From contig NC_135253.1 in the NCBI RefSeq assembly GCF_964204865.1, positions 16,616,001-16,680,000 on the forward strand: a stretch of DNA of 64,000 bases, written 5' to 3'. Below, one piece after another: positions 1 through 12,392 of this stretch; the stretch's first letter is position 1, and each line of letters opens with the position of its first letter. This stretch comes from Styela clava (taxonomy: Eukaryota). Position numbers and translations under genes: made by a program. The notes beneath the pieces were generated by a model that was not told the DNA's origin, made no database searches, and was given only the letters and a program-made list of their open reading frames with translations.

Positions 1-228
1 CTATGACTATGTTCGATTTTTTTTAAATTCGCACGAAAATACGTTAGGAATAAAGTCGAACAGACAAAATTAGCGCTTAACTCGCTGTCGGGACACTTTT
101 TAAAGACCTACAAAAATTGCTTTTACAAATTTTCGGGCATCTATTGTTTTTTCAAATAGTCTACAGTAATTCATTGCAAACGATTTTCTATGATTATATT
201 TTTCAGGTCGGAGGATTCAAAATCTACA

Positions 229-3200
229 ATGTCATCGACAACATGCATTTATATATGTTCTGCGCTGATGGCCATTCTTGCCATTATATTATTTTGTATA
301 TTCCAATATTTACCGCCTTCGTACCCACATTCTACGTAAGTTTAGTTTTATATTTTGAAAGTTTATAACAAAAGAATCAGAGTAGTGCCTTGCAGACATT
401 TCAGTATGTGCATACCAGTGCGTTGTGGATTATAATAACTGATTTATTGACAAAAAGTTTAGGATTCGATTGTACATATTCGATAGAGCTACTACTATTT
501 GATTATCTAATTCTGTTATTATGATCTTATTTTGTGATCAAACAGACCACAATATCGCGTTGTGTTGAACGATCATACTGAAAGACACAAATCAACTGTC
601 GACGACGACAAACACGAAGCAAATAAAATTACAAGACTGCTGGACGAAGAGGCTCAAGCAAACGAAAAAGAAAGTAAAGTAAATTGACACCGATAATTAG
701 TTTAACACCCACTGTCATATTCCATCGTAAAAATCTAATGCCGAGCTTGTAATGACGTTTCATTAATTTATTTATATATATACATATATATATAACTAAA
801 ATTCAGCATTAGACGGCTACGGAATAAAATATTTATCGAATAATGATCAATTAATATTATCACTTTACTGAAAACTAAAATTATTATTCAGTCACTTTTC
901 ACCTGTATGGCATATTTATATATATATATAATTTGAGTGGTGACAAAAAGTGTTCCATGAAAATTTCTACAGGATGTATTTTTTTTTCAGGATGTGCAGA
1001 CTAAGGAATCACTTAAAGATAAGAGACAGTCTACACTGAGAAAAGAAGAGGTGGTCGAAGATGTTACATATGAATCTACGGATCAGTTGGTCAAAGATTC
1101 GGCCGTTTCAGATAGTTTTACATCAGAGCAATCCATGATTGACGATAATACTGTTATGGATAATACTTATTCAGACCTCATAGACAATGACATTACTGTG
1201 GATGATGAAGATAGTTTCCATGAGATCACGGAATCTAAAAAACAAACAGATGATGACAGTGAGGAGGTCAATCGTCTTCACACATTAGTATACCCGACTG
1301 AAACTAAATCATCTCCTAATCTTAATTCTGTAGACTTTCTTTTAGAAGGCAATGATCAGTCTGACAAGAAACAACATGATGATGTCGCAGATATGCAGAA
1401 TGGTAATTCTAACGAAGTCGTCGAAATGCCCGACAAAAGCGACTTTGAGAATTCTGAAATACAAAATCTAAACATTAACGCATTGCCTAACGAAACAGAA
1501 GATACTGGAGAATCGGAAAAACTACTTGATAATTTGGATGTAAAGGGAACTACTTCCGAGGAAGAGCCCGATGTCGAATCAGAAATTCCTAACGTTGGTA
1601 AAGGTGACGCCGAAAAGGCAATAGATTTTGATCGGTCATTGGATATCGAGAAAACTAAATCCGACAGTGACCACAGTACAAAAACAATTGGTTTGGATGA
1701 CCTTGAAATAGAAGACAAAACAATCGAATTTCCAAGCAAAGAAAGTATTGGTTCGCAGAATGAAGACCAAAATTTGAACTCAATTGAAGAAGTGGATATA
1801 GACTCAATGAAACCAGATGCTACCTCTAGTGCGGAAATAAACGATTCAGACGTTTCTCCAGTAAACGACAAAAACGACGATCTTCCACACTTGAAAAGTG
1901 ATCGTGCATCAATCGAATACAAAAGTTTGAAAGCAGAGGGTGAGCTGGATATCGAGTCAATTGAAATGCGCGATGACTCTAGTTCAGATATTGATGATTC
2001 GGCTGTCTCTTCGGTGAACGACAATGACACCCCACCCGAACGTTCACAGTTGGAAGACGAAAATTTAAACTCAATAGTAGAAGAGTTAGAAGTCAAAACA
2101 GGAAAATCGAATACTGTCTCTAATGCAAAAAAAGTGGAAGTAGATTTCCCTCGGGAAAACGACAAACCCGATGACATCCCGCTGCAAGAAAGTGACTGTT
2201 CACGAACTGAACATGAAGACTTGAATTCATTTGTTAATTCAGATATTAAAACAGTCAAGTTAGACAGCGTCTCAAATACAAAAGCAGATGAATTAGATTC
2301 TCCAGTCAACGACAGAGAAAATGATCTGATTCTTGATGGTTCAGAAATTAAAGACAAAACATTGGAAACTATGCACGAGTTGAATATCGAACCAACTAAT
2401 TTAGATGGTGTCTCCAATGCGGGAGATGACGATAACACCGACACAAAACAAGATGACGCGAGTAAAATTGAAATAGGCGAAAACAAAGGGGATGAATTCA
2501 TGTTGAATTCTGACTCTGAAATTCAAAAAAATATTGAAATGAAAGAAAAAATTGTCACAGATAATGAAAATGCTGTAAGTCCGCAACCAACTGTTGAAGA
2601 AAATATAATCACAAATAAAAATTTCAAAATTGATTCTGCCGAAAACGAATTTTCAGATGAAATTTTCAAATATCTTGGAAAAGATGAAGAAGAATTAGAA
2701 AAAGAACTGGAAGAAAGTTTTTACCATGAGGAAGATGAAGAAGATCTTGATGAAGAAATAAAAGTAGAACAAAACTCAAAATTAGAAGTAGCAGAAAAAC
2801 AATTACAAAATCAAGAATATTTAGACTCCAATGCGTTCGAAAAATCGATTAAACCGTATCACGTGGATGAAAGTTTCGTGGTGAAGGACTCGCAAAATGA
2901 GGAGGAAGGGTCAGTATTTTTATTTTCGAAATATTTTATTCCATATCTTAAAATAAACTAGAATATATACTTTTTCCTGTTCTTTGTGGGATATAACATG
3001 TAAATATATTTTTGTTGGACACAAAATGGACCTAAGGTTTGTTTTGATAAATTGCCGTTGAGATAAAGGAATCACTTTAATAACCTTCTTGGGGGCTGCA
3101 TTAGGGGTAAATTTTGCAAGCAAAAAATATAGCTTTTTCCTACTCTTATATTAAGTCATATATTTTGTTTTATACATGTTATCCACATATTAGATTATAG

Positions 3201-6123
3201 TATTGCCAACATTACAGCGTCCTACATTATTTAATAGATGCTATTATGCTCTCATTATAAGATTATCTATACTATAGCATAGCGTGTTATTTTCATATTT
3301 TACTGATAACTCACTGGCACTATGCATAATTTTACTTTTGGAATTTGTGGAACGGTAAACGAAGAAATAAAGAATGAGTCCCCTTGATCTAGTGAACCAC
3401 ATAACTTTTACCTTCACAACTTTTTGTTGTTTTACTTTAATCCACCACCAGTGAGTGGGCTTTCTTCTATCAAATTAAGCATCAGCTAACAACGTGGTAA
3501 AACGTGTTCATATACTTGAGCATTTCTTGTTGGACACGTAGTGGACCTATAGATCGTTTTGTTAATATGTTATTGTTGTTGTGCTTGTTCTTCGCGTTAC
3601 TTCCTATCGTTGTGAAAAAGTCACTTTTCTCGTTGATTACTAGACCAATTGCTTTTGAAGTTTTCAGTGGGTAAAGATTGTATTTTTCGCTAGAAGGCTA
3701 TTACTTTTTATTTATTCTTGAATTTTCTATGAATTCTGTGAGATCTTATATTTCATCCAAAATTTTGGTGTATTAATTTTTACTTATGGTAACACTGTTT
3801 CAAAACTTATTATAAGCGGTTCCGCGATCGAATATCAGGCCTACAGCTAGGCTACATGTCGGCCTACGGTACTGGTAAGTTACCGTACCGCATATGATTT
3901 TCGAGGAATTGATGATAAATAATTTAGTTTACTTGGGCATATATTTGAGCATCGCTCTCTTGTTTTTAGTTATATTTTTGTATCGCCCGGTGTTACAAAG
4001 AAAGTTATTAAAAAGGGACGAGGAAAAAATATAGTGATAGGAGATGTTGTGACTATTCACTGCGTTGGTTATCTTGACACCAATCCTCCTAAAAAGTTTT
4101 GGAGCACCAAAGATGCAGCACAAAAACCGTTTACTTTTGCTGTTGGAAAAAGACAAGTAATTAAAGGTGGGAAACTTTTCATCTTTCAAGTACATTTGTT
4201 GTACTTATTTGACTACACTTGTCAATATGATAGTCATATATTTTAGCTAGCCATCAAATATTTATTGAAACAACATTTGGTGGAAATACAAAGTGACCCA
4301 AAAAATGTTACCATTTTTTACATTCAGAATGTAAAATAGTAACATTTTTGGCCTACCCTGTATTTAGCGCGGAAAAGGCAACAACGTAGTATTTATAAAC
4401 ATATTATTCAAATAATCCTAATTTGATTTAAACTCTTTTAAAAACTAGTAAATTATTCATTTCCAAATTGGTTATTCTGTGTTCTTCGGATTTGCTCGAA
4501 GCTCTAAGGAGAGAGAGAGAGAGAGATTGACTCAGGACATTAAAAACGTCGCGCATCTGTTGCTTATTGATTTTCATGTTGTTTTCGAGACTGAAAAGCG
4601 CGTATCTCGTTTCCTTTTAGATCAATCAAATTTAAATCTGTTTATTAAATAACGATGAAACAGATTTCTAGATTGTAGAAGCACAGAGCTCTTATTAACT
4701 TTCTGTTGTGTTCTCTGGGCTTATAAGGGTTTTTGAAAAAAAAAAAAAAAAAAATCGAAAAACTGCGTCACCTTTTGGCGATTTAATTGTTATGCTCATA
4801 TATTAGAGCAAGGGGGTGCAACCCTTAATACAGGAGGGTCAGATACAAATAACTCGATGAAACGGCGGGCCGCACTTTCATTCAGCGTAGGCTTTCTAGT
4901 AGTTGCAAGCACAAAGCAGCACAAGCTAGCTGTTGGGGTATTGTAATGTCATTAGCACTTCTTTGTGGGTCGCATTTCCCCTTGTGAGCCGCATTTGGTC
5001 CGCGGGCCGCAGGTTGCGCACCCCGTATTATGGCATTTGCTCTTGTGTTTCTTGCATATTGTTAGCTTTCTTACTCACTCAATCAAAATTCCGTAAACCA
5101 CGTCAATATAATATGGAGGAAACTTTTAAATAAAAACGCTTTTATTGTGCATTCATGCACGATTCTATCCAGTGGTTAAATAAGATTCAAAACTTTTATA
5201 AATTTCGAGATCACATCAGTTTTTATCATTCCAGATCTTCTAATCTATATACGTCAATAAAATAGCCAAAGTATATATATCATACAGATATATAAAAAGA
5301 GAACTTTATAGATAATTCATTTATTTCTATGTTTTCTCTATTTCAGCATTATGTATATAACTTATTATTAACGATGTATCAGGATAAACTGTTTAATCTC
5401 TTCAGGTTGGGACGAAGGAGCAAGATCAATGCGGCTTTGGGAGTTTAGCCGTATAAAAATAGAAGCAAAAAAAGCTTATGGAAAATACGGATTTGAAGCA
5501 TGGGGATATCCTTTAAACAAATAGTAGTATTTTTAAATTTGCGTTCTTGGACACTAAGTGGACTTATAGGTCGTTTCGAATTATGTTGTTGTTGTTAGTA
5601 TTTTTTTCTTGCCGCTTTCTGTTCAACTACTAATTACTATTATTACTTTAATTTATTTCAAATATTCCTGTGGGCTCTATATGTGATTCGTTTTTCACTA
5701 TGAAGTTTTGTGGTGATGATTTGGGTTTTGATGATCAAAATTCAAAATTGCGCACCTTGTGGACGTTCCGCTTTCGCGATCTGGTGGTCAGCCGAAGTCA
5801 GGAAGGCGACGGAACCGGTACTGTAAAATTTTTGATACCCGTTCTACTTGGTTTTGGCTTTCGTGTTTATATATTTAAGCATTGTTCTCTCTTTATGTCA
5901 TTTTTCTAATGGTTGTCCAATTCTTGTTATCCCCTTTTCGCGTCTCCTTGTCAACCTGCATCTAGTCATTACCATTCTTTTTCTCTTCTCTCATTATCGA
6001 TACTTTTATGTAAAAAAAAAATCAGAAATAGAAAATTCTTTAACACGAAGCACAATACCTCCAAACGCTGGAATAATATTTGAAATGGAAATCATCGAGC
6101 ACAAACGCAACAACAAAAGTTGA
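229..6123 (+). CDS. Membrane-anchored or secreted acidic protein with a C-terminal FKBP-type peptidyl-prolyl isomerase domain (plant FKBP12-like), ~841 aa
   Basis: Exons 229-335, 546-678, 991-2909, 3970-4166, 5406-5505, 6054-6123 join in frame (2526 nt). Exon 1 encodes MSSTTCIYICSALMAILAIILFCIFQYL. Exon 3 is the D/E/S/N-rich ORF. The last three exons give GVTKKVIKKGRG..GDVVTIHCVGY..KKFWSTKDAAQKPFTFAVGKRQVIKGWDEG..AYGKYGFEAWGIPPNAGIIFEMEII, a complete FKBP_C domain. No Met precedes the FKBP exon, which supports the fusion. Confidence 0.85.
3531..3965 (+). mobile_element. Non-autonomous Helentron/HINE-like repeat (family 1)
   Basis: Starts TGGACACGTAGTGGAC, has a (GTT)n tract, ends CATATATTTGAGCATCGCTCTCTTGTT (GAGC..GCTC hairpin). 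Related copies at ~5547-5895 and 26045-26635, fragments at ~3015, ~26910-27000 (reverse) and ~32450-32640. Confidence 0.6.
4809..5025. mobile_element. hAT-like MITE
   Basis: Termini GGGGGTGCAACC / GGTTGCGCACCCC, subterminal GGTCCGCGGGCCGC, imperfect 8-bp flanks TATTAGAG/TATTATGG. A similar right end occurs at ~24990-25021. Confidence 0.55.
5506..6053 (+). other. U12-type (minor spliceosome) AT-AC intron
   Basis: Donor ATATCCTTT at 5506, branch-point-like TTCTTTAAC at 6036-6044, AC acceptor at 6052-6053. Removal restores the conserved FKBP motif AWG-IPPNA in frame. Confidence 0.93.
5547..5895 (+). mobile_element. HINE-like family 1 copy inside the U12 intron
   Basis: TTGGACACTAAGTGGACTTATAGGTCGTTTCG start, GTT tract, AAAATTGCGCACCTTGTG core shared with the copies at ~26480 and ~32540. 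Confidence 0.55.
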
Positions 6124-6513
6124 TGAATGTAGCGGAAAAGAATAGTTTTCTTAAATCTGTATTGTACTTGCACTTAAAAATTACATCGAATAGAGTTAAT
6201 TTCTCATAAAAATTAAAGCTATTGGCATATACATAAATCAGTACAGCATGACGGTGATTTTTTTTCTAATTGCATATCAAGAGGACTTGATGTTTGGCAA
6301 AATTATTTATGCTTATTTCAATAATATTTCTACTGCATGTTTTTTGTTCTGACAAAAGGGTTCTAATTTCTGTGCAGAAATCCCCTTTCTTATGTATCCG
6401 GAAAGTTCTTTTAAAGCACAACACTTCTTGGTATAAGACGACATAGGCTTATTGGTCATATTCAAGATAACATTAGTTTATGTTTTAACCGAACGTTGAC
6501 CAAATATCGTAAA

Positions 6514-6707
6514 AAGTTCATTTCTCTAGAAATTTTTGTCAAGGCTGACTGATCATGTCTTCCACTAGTTAATGGCTATAGCGCCTAAATTAATGCATCA
6601 ATAAATAGCGTAAGAAGTTCATTTCTCTAGAAATTTTTATCAATGCTGACTGATTCTGTCTTTCACTAGTTAATGGCTGTGGCGCCTAAATTAACGCATC
6701 AATAAAT
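6514..6707. repeat. Direct tandem duplication, ~101-bp period, 2 copies
   Basis: AAGTTCATTTCTCTAGAAATTTTT...GCGCCTAAATTAA(T/C)GCATCAATAAAT occurs twice. Confidence 0.85.
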
Positions 6708-7726
6708 TTTGTTCACTGAAATTGTACTAAGAGTGTTAATGAATTTGATTGCCAAATTAGCTCACCTGCGATACTGTCTCGGATATTGACGCCAAGATTA
6801 GGTGTTAATGACGATCAAATTTAATAAACAGATATCTTATATCACAATAAGAAGAGATGCAGTAAGGGATGCATGCAGTAGTTTTCGGTAACGTGCCTTA
6901 CTGGTCACATCCTACGTCATTGGTGCGTTGAAATTGTATGTAGATTGATAGGAAAAGTTGTACTTGGTTCTATAATGTGTAGACTGCAGTTTTTGTGGGC
7001 TAAATTTGTTGAATTTTAGAAGAAGGTATATAACATTTACAGTGTATGAAATATCAACATTATACTGTTGAAACTTTAGCGATATTGTCGTCTTTATGTA
7101 AGAATTACGAACATATCTTACCACACAAGACCTTGATATATCATGTTATCCTACCTTCTATCATGCTGACGCTTTTTACTTTAGGTTTGAGAGTTAGTTG
7201 GATAGTTCAGTGAGATCCAATACTTGAAGATTAGACTGTAAAATAGGACGTATAATCTCGGATTTACAATATGGCACATAATTTATTTCGGATGAAAGAT
7301 GCCTTTATCCGAGTGTTCTGATGACAATTGGCTACCTCGTAAATGCGCTAACTCAATTTAAATAGAACCATGTTACTTACTATAACGTATCGGCTACCAA
7401 TATTGGGAACATTGTGGGAAGGTTTCTCTCAAAAGGTGGACTGACAGACACTTGAATTTTTTTCCAACACGGCTTGCTTTTTTACAAAAATTCAAAACGC
7501 CATATCGTCATGCCCCGAAAATTGACACTTGACAAGCATATTAAAAAAAAGTAGTGTCGAAATGTGTCAACAAGGCGGTAATTGAAATATGGCATTATAT
7601 ATTGGAACTTATGGATAATGTCATAATATATATATTTGAATTCACGCTACCGTTGTCAAATTTTATAGAGGTCACCGTATAAAGCACTTTGCGAACCTTC
7701 AGATTAGACAATGGTTTTTATACCTC

Positions 7727-8507
7727 TAGTACGTGACCCAAAACTGGGTCGCCTGCAAATTTTCTTGGGTCATTTGTTTTTTCAACAAAAACCTAAAGGA
7801 TACTAAATTTATTTTCTAACAATTTCATTATATTTTTGGCATTGAATTGTTGTTAAATAGAAATTGTATATGTTGGAAGTATCCATGAGTAAAAACTTGG
7901 CAGAATTCATCTTGCTGAGTAAAGCCACACTACCATTTCAAAAACTCGCTGATGGCAAACTTTTGGGGTAATTACTGTCGGAATAAATGTTATGTAAAAA
8001 TGATTGATTACTGCCTCAATATGAATCATTATAAAAAACTAAAACTAATTTTCTTCACAAATTTGACACTATGCACACACATTTATAAAGTAAAGTTGAA
8101 ATGTGGCAACAAGGAGGTAACTGAAATTGTTCTATTGGAACAAAAAGTTACTTATTTTATTTTCTAGTAATTTTTAATATTTATTTTTTATTTCGGTATT
8201 GAGGTGTTGCCTAATAGTATTTGTATATATGGGAAGTATAAATGGCAGTATTCATTTTGCTAAGTAAAGCCACGCCACTATTTCAAAACTCGCTGATGGC
8301 AAACAAGCGCTACCTTCCCAATTTTGGGGTAATTACTGTCGGAATAAATGTTACGTAAAATGATTGTTTTATATTAGTCGATAAGTTTGCATCTATAAAA
8401 GTACTACCTGTCGTTTGTTATTTGAGCATGTCATTGGGTCGTAAAATTTTGCAAAATTTATTAAAAAAAAAATTGGGACGCTCGAAAAAAAAGGTTGCGA
8501 ACCACTG
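7727..8507. mobile_element. Degraded hAT-like non-autonomous element with an internal duplication
   Basis: GTGACCCA / TGGGTCG subterminal motifs, right end GGTTGCGAACCACTG, internal segment ~7800-8010 repeated at ~8170-8370. Confidence 0.4.
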
Positions 8508-9247
8508 AATTAGACCATGTCTGATAATTTACAGAATCGTATTCCAATGAGATTTAAAGATTGCGTTATTTTGTCACACTTATTGCTATATCGCTTGTAA
8601 ACAGAGGGAAAGGTTATTTACCCAAATGGTTCGAAATATGAATTTCGTTTTGCAAACGACGCATTCAATCCATGTTTGTAAATTATCGCAATCTATAACT
8701 TTAATTATCCCGTGGCGACTTTGTTCAGTCGAAAGTATATAATGCACAGTTACACACCCAAGGGACAATACCATTCATAGACATTGACCCCTTTTATCAG
8801 TATTACTGTAACGTTATACAGAAATTCTATGTCGATTCGAAGTTAATTCAACTGAATCATTTTGGTTGCATTCTCAATTGTGCACTCCATCAGAAAATAT
8901 GATTCACTAATGAGGCCCATCTTTCAGGCAAACCCTAATGTATTTTACCTTTGAGTCAGCATTAGATCTGTATTTTTGATACCCATAAACAAGTAACATC
9001 TCTGCTTTTTTCACAATGGATTACCAACTGCATGTGGTGTTACGCAGTGTGTATCGGCGTGCCGATTCCCATAGGACCCGGTGGAATTCGTTAGATACTT
9101 TATTATGCATCTGACGTTATTTGTGTGACGAGGGTTCTATTGCCTATATGAGTTGTATGTACTAGTTGTCGGTTAAATATGACTTAATTTTGTTAAAGGT
9201 TGGATTATTGAGTAAAAATTGCCGTCGATTAAAAACCCTCCTGTAAA

Positions 9248-10672
9248 ATGGCGTTCACCAATTTGGGACTCTTTTGGATTATTCTTGGAGTAGCAATCGT
9301 AAGCGAAGGTAAGTTTATTTTTGGGGTATTTGAGAAAGAACGGTATTTATTGCAATGACTGATTTTATTGGTATCATCAAAATATATGAAGAACAACAAA
9401 AAATGACGGTGAGATGTCGTGATTTTAGATATTTGTATATATTATATGGAAGCTCAAACTTGGCTTTGTGATTTAGGCAGTCATTTCAATTTGTTATTAT
9501 TCCGTATTGCGTATCATCAGGCAAAATATCAAAACGCTATGTCGATCAACTCCTGCGGGACTGGCACGCGTAAAAGCAAGAAAATACCAATATTATATTA
9601 TATAATTTTTAAATAATAAGCTTGACTAATTTGGAAAAACATAAGATGACACTTTTGAAAATTTCGGAATTAGTTGAAGCGTTAAATTTTGTTCAAATCC
9701 GAGGAGCGAAAAACTGCAGTTCAAGTTCACCAACCCTCAAAAAACGCCAGACTCCGAATTCAACCCCTGGTGCTAGCTATTAAATGATTTTGGATAAAAG
9801 CCAAAATTCAAAATTTGGTCAAATGAATCATGCTATTTTTCTCTTCAGCTCAGGCCACGTATCCTCCAACGTGCGACTCAAATGCCGTTTGCGTCGGATA
9901 TTATTCTGGATTCAATTGCTCCTGCAACAGTGGTTACAAAGGAAGCGATGGGGGATGTGTCAACATCAATGAATGCGTAGAGACGCCACAAGTTTGTACA
10001 GAAATTGAAACGTGCAACGATATTATCGGGAGTTACAACTGCACATGTGGTGATATTGACATCATTTGTCACGACCTTGCTGAGTGCATCAACGGCACCA
10101 ATGCAACTTCGTGTGTGTGCAATGCAGGTTACACTGGAAACGGAACCCACTGCGTTGACGAAGACGAATGTGAGGTCGGTTCTCATTTTTGTAACCCTGA
10201 TGCTAACTGCAGCAATACCGTGGGCAGTTACAGCTGCGCATGCCATGACGGTTTTGAAGGTAACGGTTTCTTTTGCATTGATCTGAATGAATGTGATATC
10301 GGAACGCATGACTGCGTTTCCCCGCTCACCTGTAACAATACACGAGGTAGCTTCGATTGCGTTTGTGGCGAAGACGGCTACTGTCACGATAATGGATATT
10401 GCGTTAACCTCGAAAATTCAACCTTCTGTGTGTGCAAAATTGGATACATTGGAAACGGCGTTTTGTGCGGCGATGTAGATGAGTGTGAAGCCGAAAATGA
10501 TTGTCATTCGAATGCATCATGCAAAAACACAGAAGGAAGTTACAGATGTATTTGTAAAGAAGGCTACGGAGGAGACGGAAAGGAATGTAATTTTGCGAGT
10601 GTAATTTCAATTTCCATCGGATTGTTTGTGCTTAGTGTTACATCTTCAATGCTTTCTTATGGCTCTAGCTAA
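9248..10672 (+). CDS. Predicted GPI-anchored EGF / calcium-binding-EGF protein, ~294 aa
   Basis: Exon 1 9248-9308 ([20 protein letters not shown], donor G|GTAAGT), exon 2 9849-10672. About seven EGF modules with cbEGF signatures (NINEC, DEDEC, DLNEC, DVDEC; C.NT.GSY.C). Hydrophobic C-terminus with no cytoplasmic tail. Confidence 0.88.
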
Positions 10673-11451
10673 GATTATTAAAAATAGTTATACAGTTGTA
10701 CAATAGTTTTTAGATAATAATATTAAATACACTGTTATAGTATATTACACTTCTAAGACAACTGTTAGAATTCTCGTGGGGATTGGATTTTTGGTTTCTA
10801 TGATTCGGGTATGATTAACAATCAATTGATAATAGATTATTGAAACTTATGATTTTATTTTAATATAACGCGATTTATTTAATATTTCCAATCTGATATA
10901 TGCTGAACAGTGCATTTATATTGCAGAAATATTTTAATTGGGCAAAAAAATCCTAGTTGATAATTCTATTCGGGTTTGATTTTAGGAAACGGGGTTTGAT
11001 GAAGGTATTTTAAAAGCAGCAACCCCTTAGAAGCGAAGGAAATTAACTTGAAAGTAAAATCATAGGCGACGACTGACATTTCAGGAAACGCAGAACAGTA
11101 ATTAGATATAGATTATAAAACAGTCGTACAATATATATGAACCAGAGATGTAAACCTGCCGAATTTCAAATAAGAGTAGCATGTAAAATGAAGAAAGTAT
11201 CCGCAAATCGAGCTTGGTATACGGCGAATAATCTGAGTTAGACAAGATAAAAATTGTAGATGAATAGAATATGAACCCGTTGTTGTTAAGACTGATTTCC
11301 AACCCTAACCTCAACTGGATAAGTACTAATTTGGTATTTTAAAACGTGGTAGGAGAGTTTTTCTCAAATCTCACATTTTTGTATTAGTGACGGGGGCTTT
11401 GTAGAAAAGATCTCGATAACGGCGTATACTTCAGTAAGATGAACCACTTCC

Positions 11452-12115
11452 TACTGGGAATGGTTAACGGTTACGATTTATTTTAACCGTTAACTGACAT
11501 CTCAGGTACAAATCGTCTTTATAATGTACAATTCTTTCAAAAATGATTACGTCATCGAAAATTTATCTCCTGTGGCGTTTAATTCAAAAGAATATCGCTA
11601 ACTGTATTGGTAAGGAGTAGGACCCAATAAATTTGAAAAATAATTGAAGTACCAAGATTGCTGATTATGAAAATTTGACAATAATTAATTATGAATCAGT
11701 TTTCGGTCGAAACATAGTGTTCACGATTTTATTTCAAAATCGTACATTCAATGTCAACCAACAACTGCGTAGTTGATGCTGTTTTTCAATATATATCTCA
11801 AAGCAGAATTTGCACATCGAATGCTAAAAATTTGTCACATGAATGACATTTAATAAGGAATCGGGTTTTACTAAAATGGTTCTATTTGTCCCAACTACGC
11901 CGCATATCTCTTGCGGCAGAGCGATCACGAAACCACCTCGATTCGTAAATAATTTTGAGCGATACCGAGATGAGGTCACGCAAAATTGCTTTGTAACCAT
12001 TGTGACGTAACAAGCTAAAACTATAGATTATTATGTGAAACGTCACGCTGCGGTTAACCGGTTAATTTTACCCGGTTAACGGTTAAAGTGTTTTCCCCTA
12101 AAATTCCCAGCCCTA
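11452..12115. mobile_element. hAT-like non-autonomous element
   Basis: CTGGGAAT / ATTCCCAGCCCTA ends and clustered (C)GGTTAAC subterminal repeats at both ends. Confidence 0.5.
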
Positions 12116-12392
12116 CATATGTACTTAATCGGAATGGGTCCACTTCTCCATTGGAAGTCGTACTTTTTAAGCTGTAATAAACAAATATACGAGAGTCATA
12201 TATCCGTTTCTCTGCAAGTAGCCTATAAATTTTGGCTGGTCAGTCATTTTTAGGTTTTTATTGAATATTTGTATTTGGTTCACATCAATATGTGCATGTA
12301 ATATATATCTATATAAAAGCTGAAAAATTAAAAAGAAAAAGTCATGACAACACTGAGAACATTTACGGGAAAATGAATGAAAACTAAACACT

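Noticed and set aside
1356-2501. 381-aa Ser/Phe/Leu-rich minus-strand ORF
   Set aside because: Antisense shadow of the D/E/K-rich exon, with no splice or domain support.
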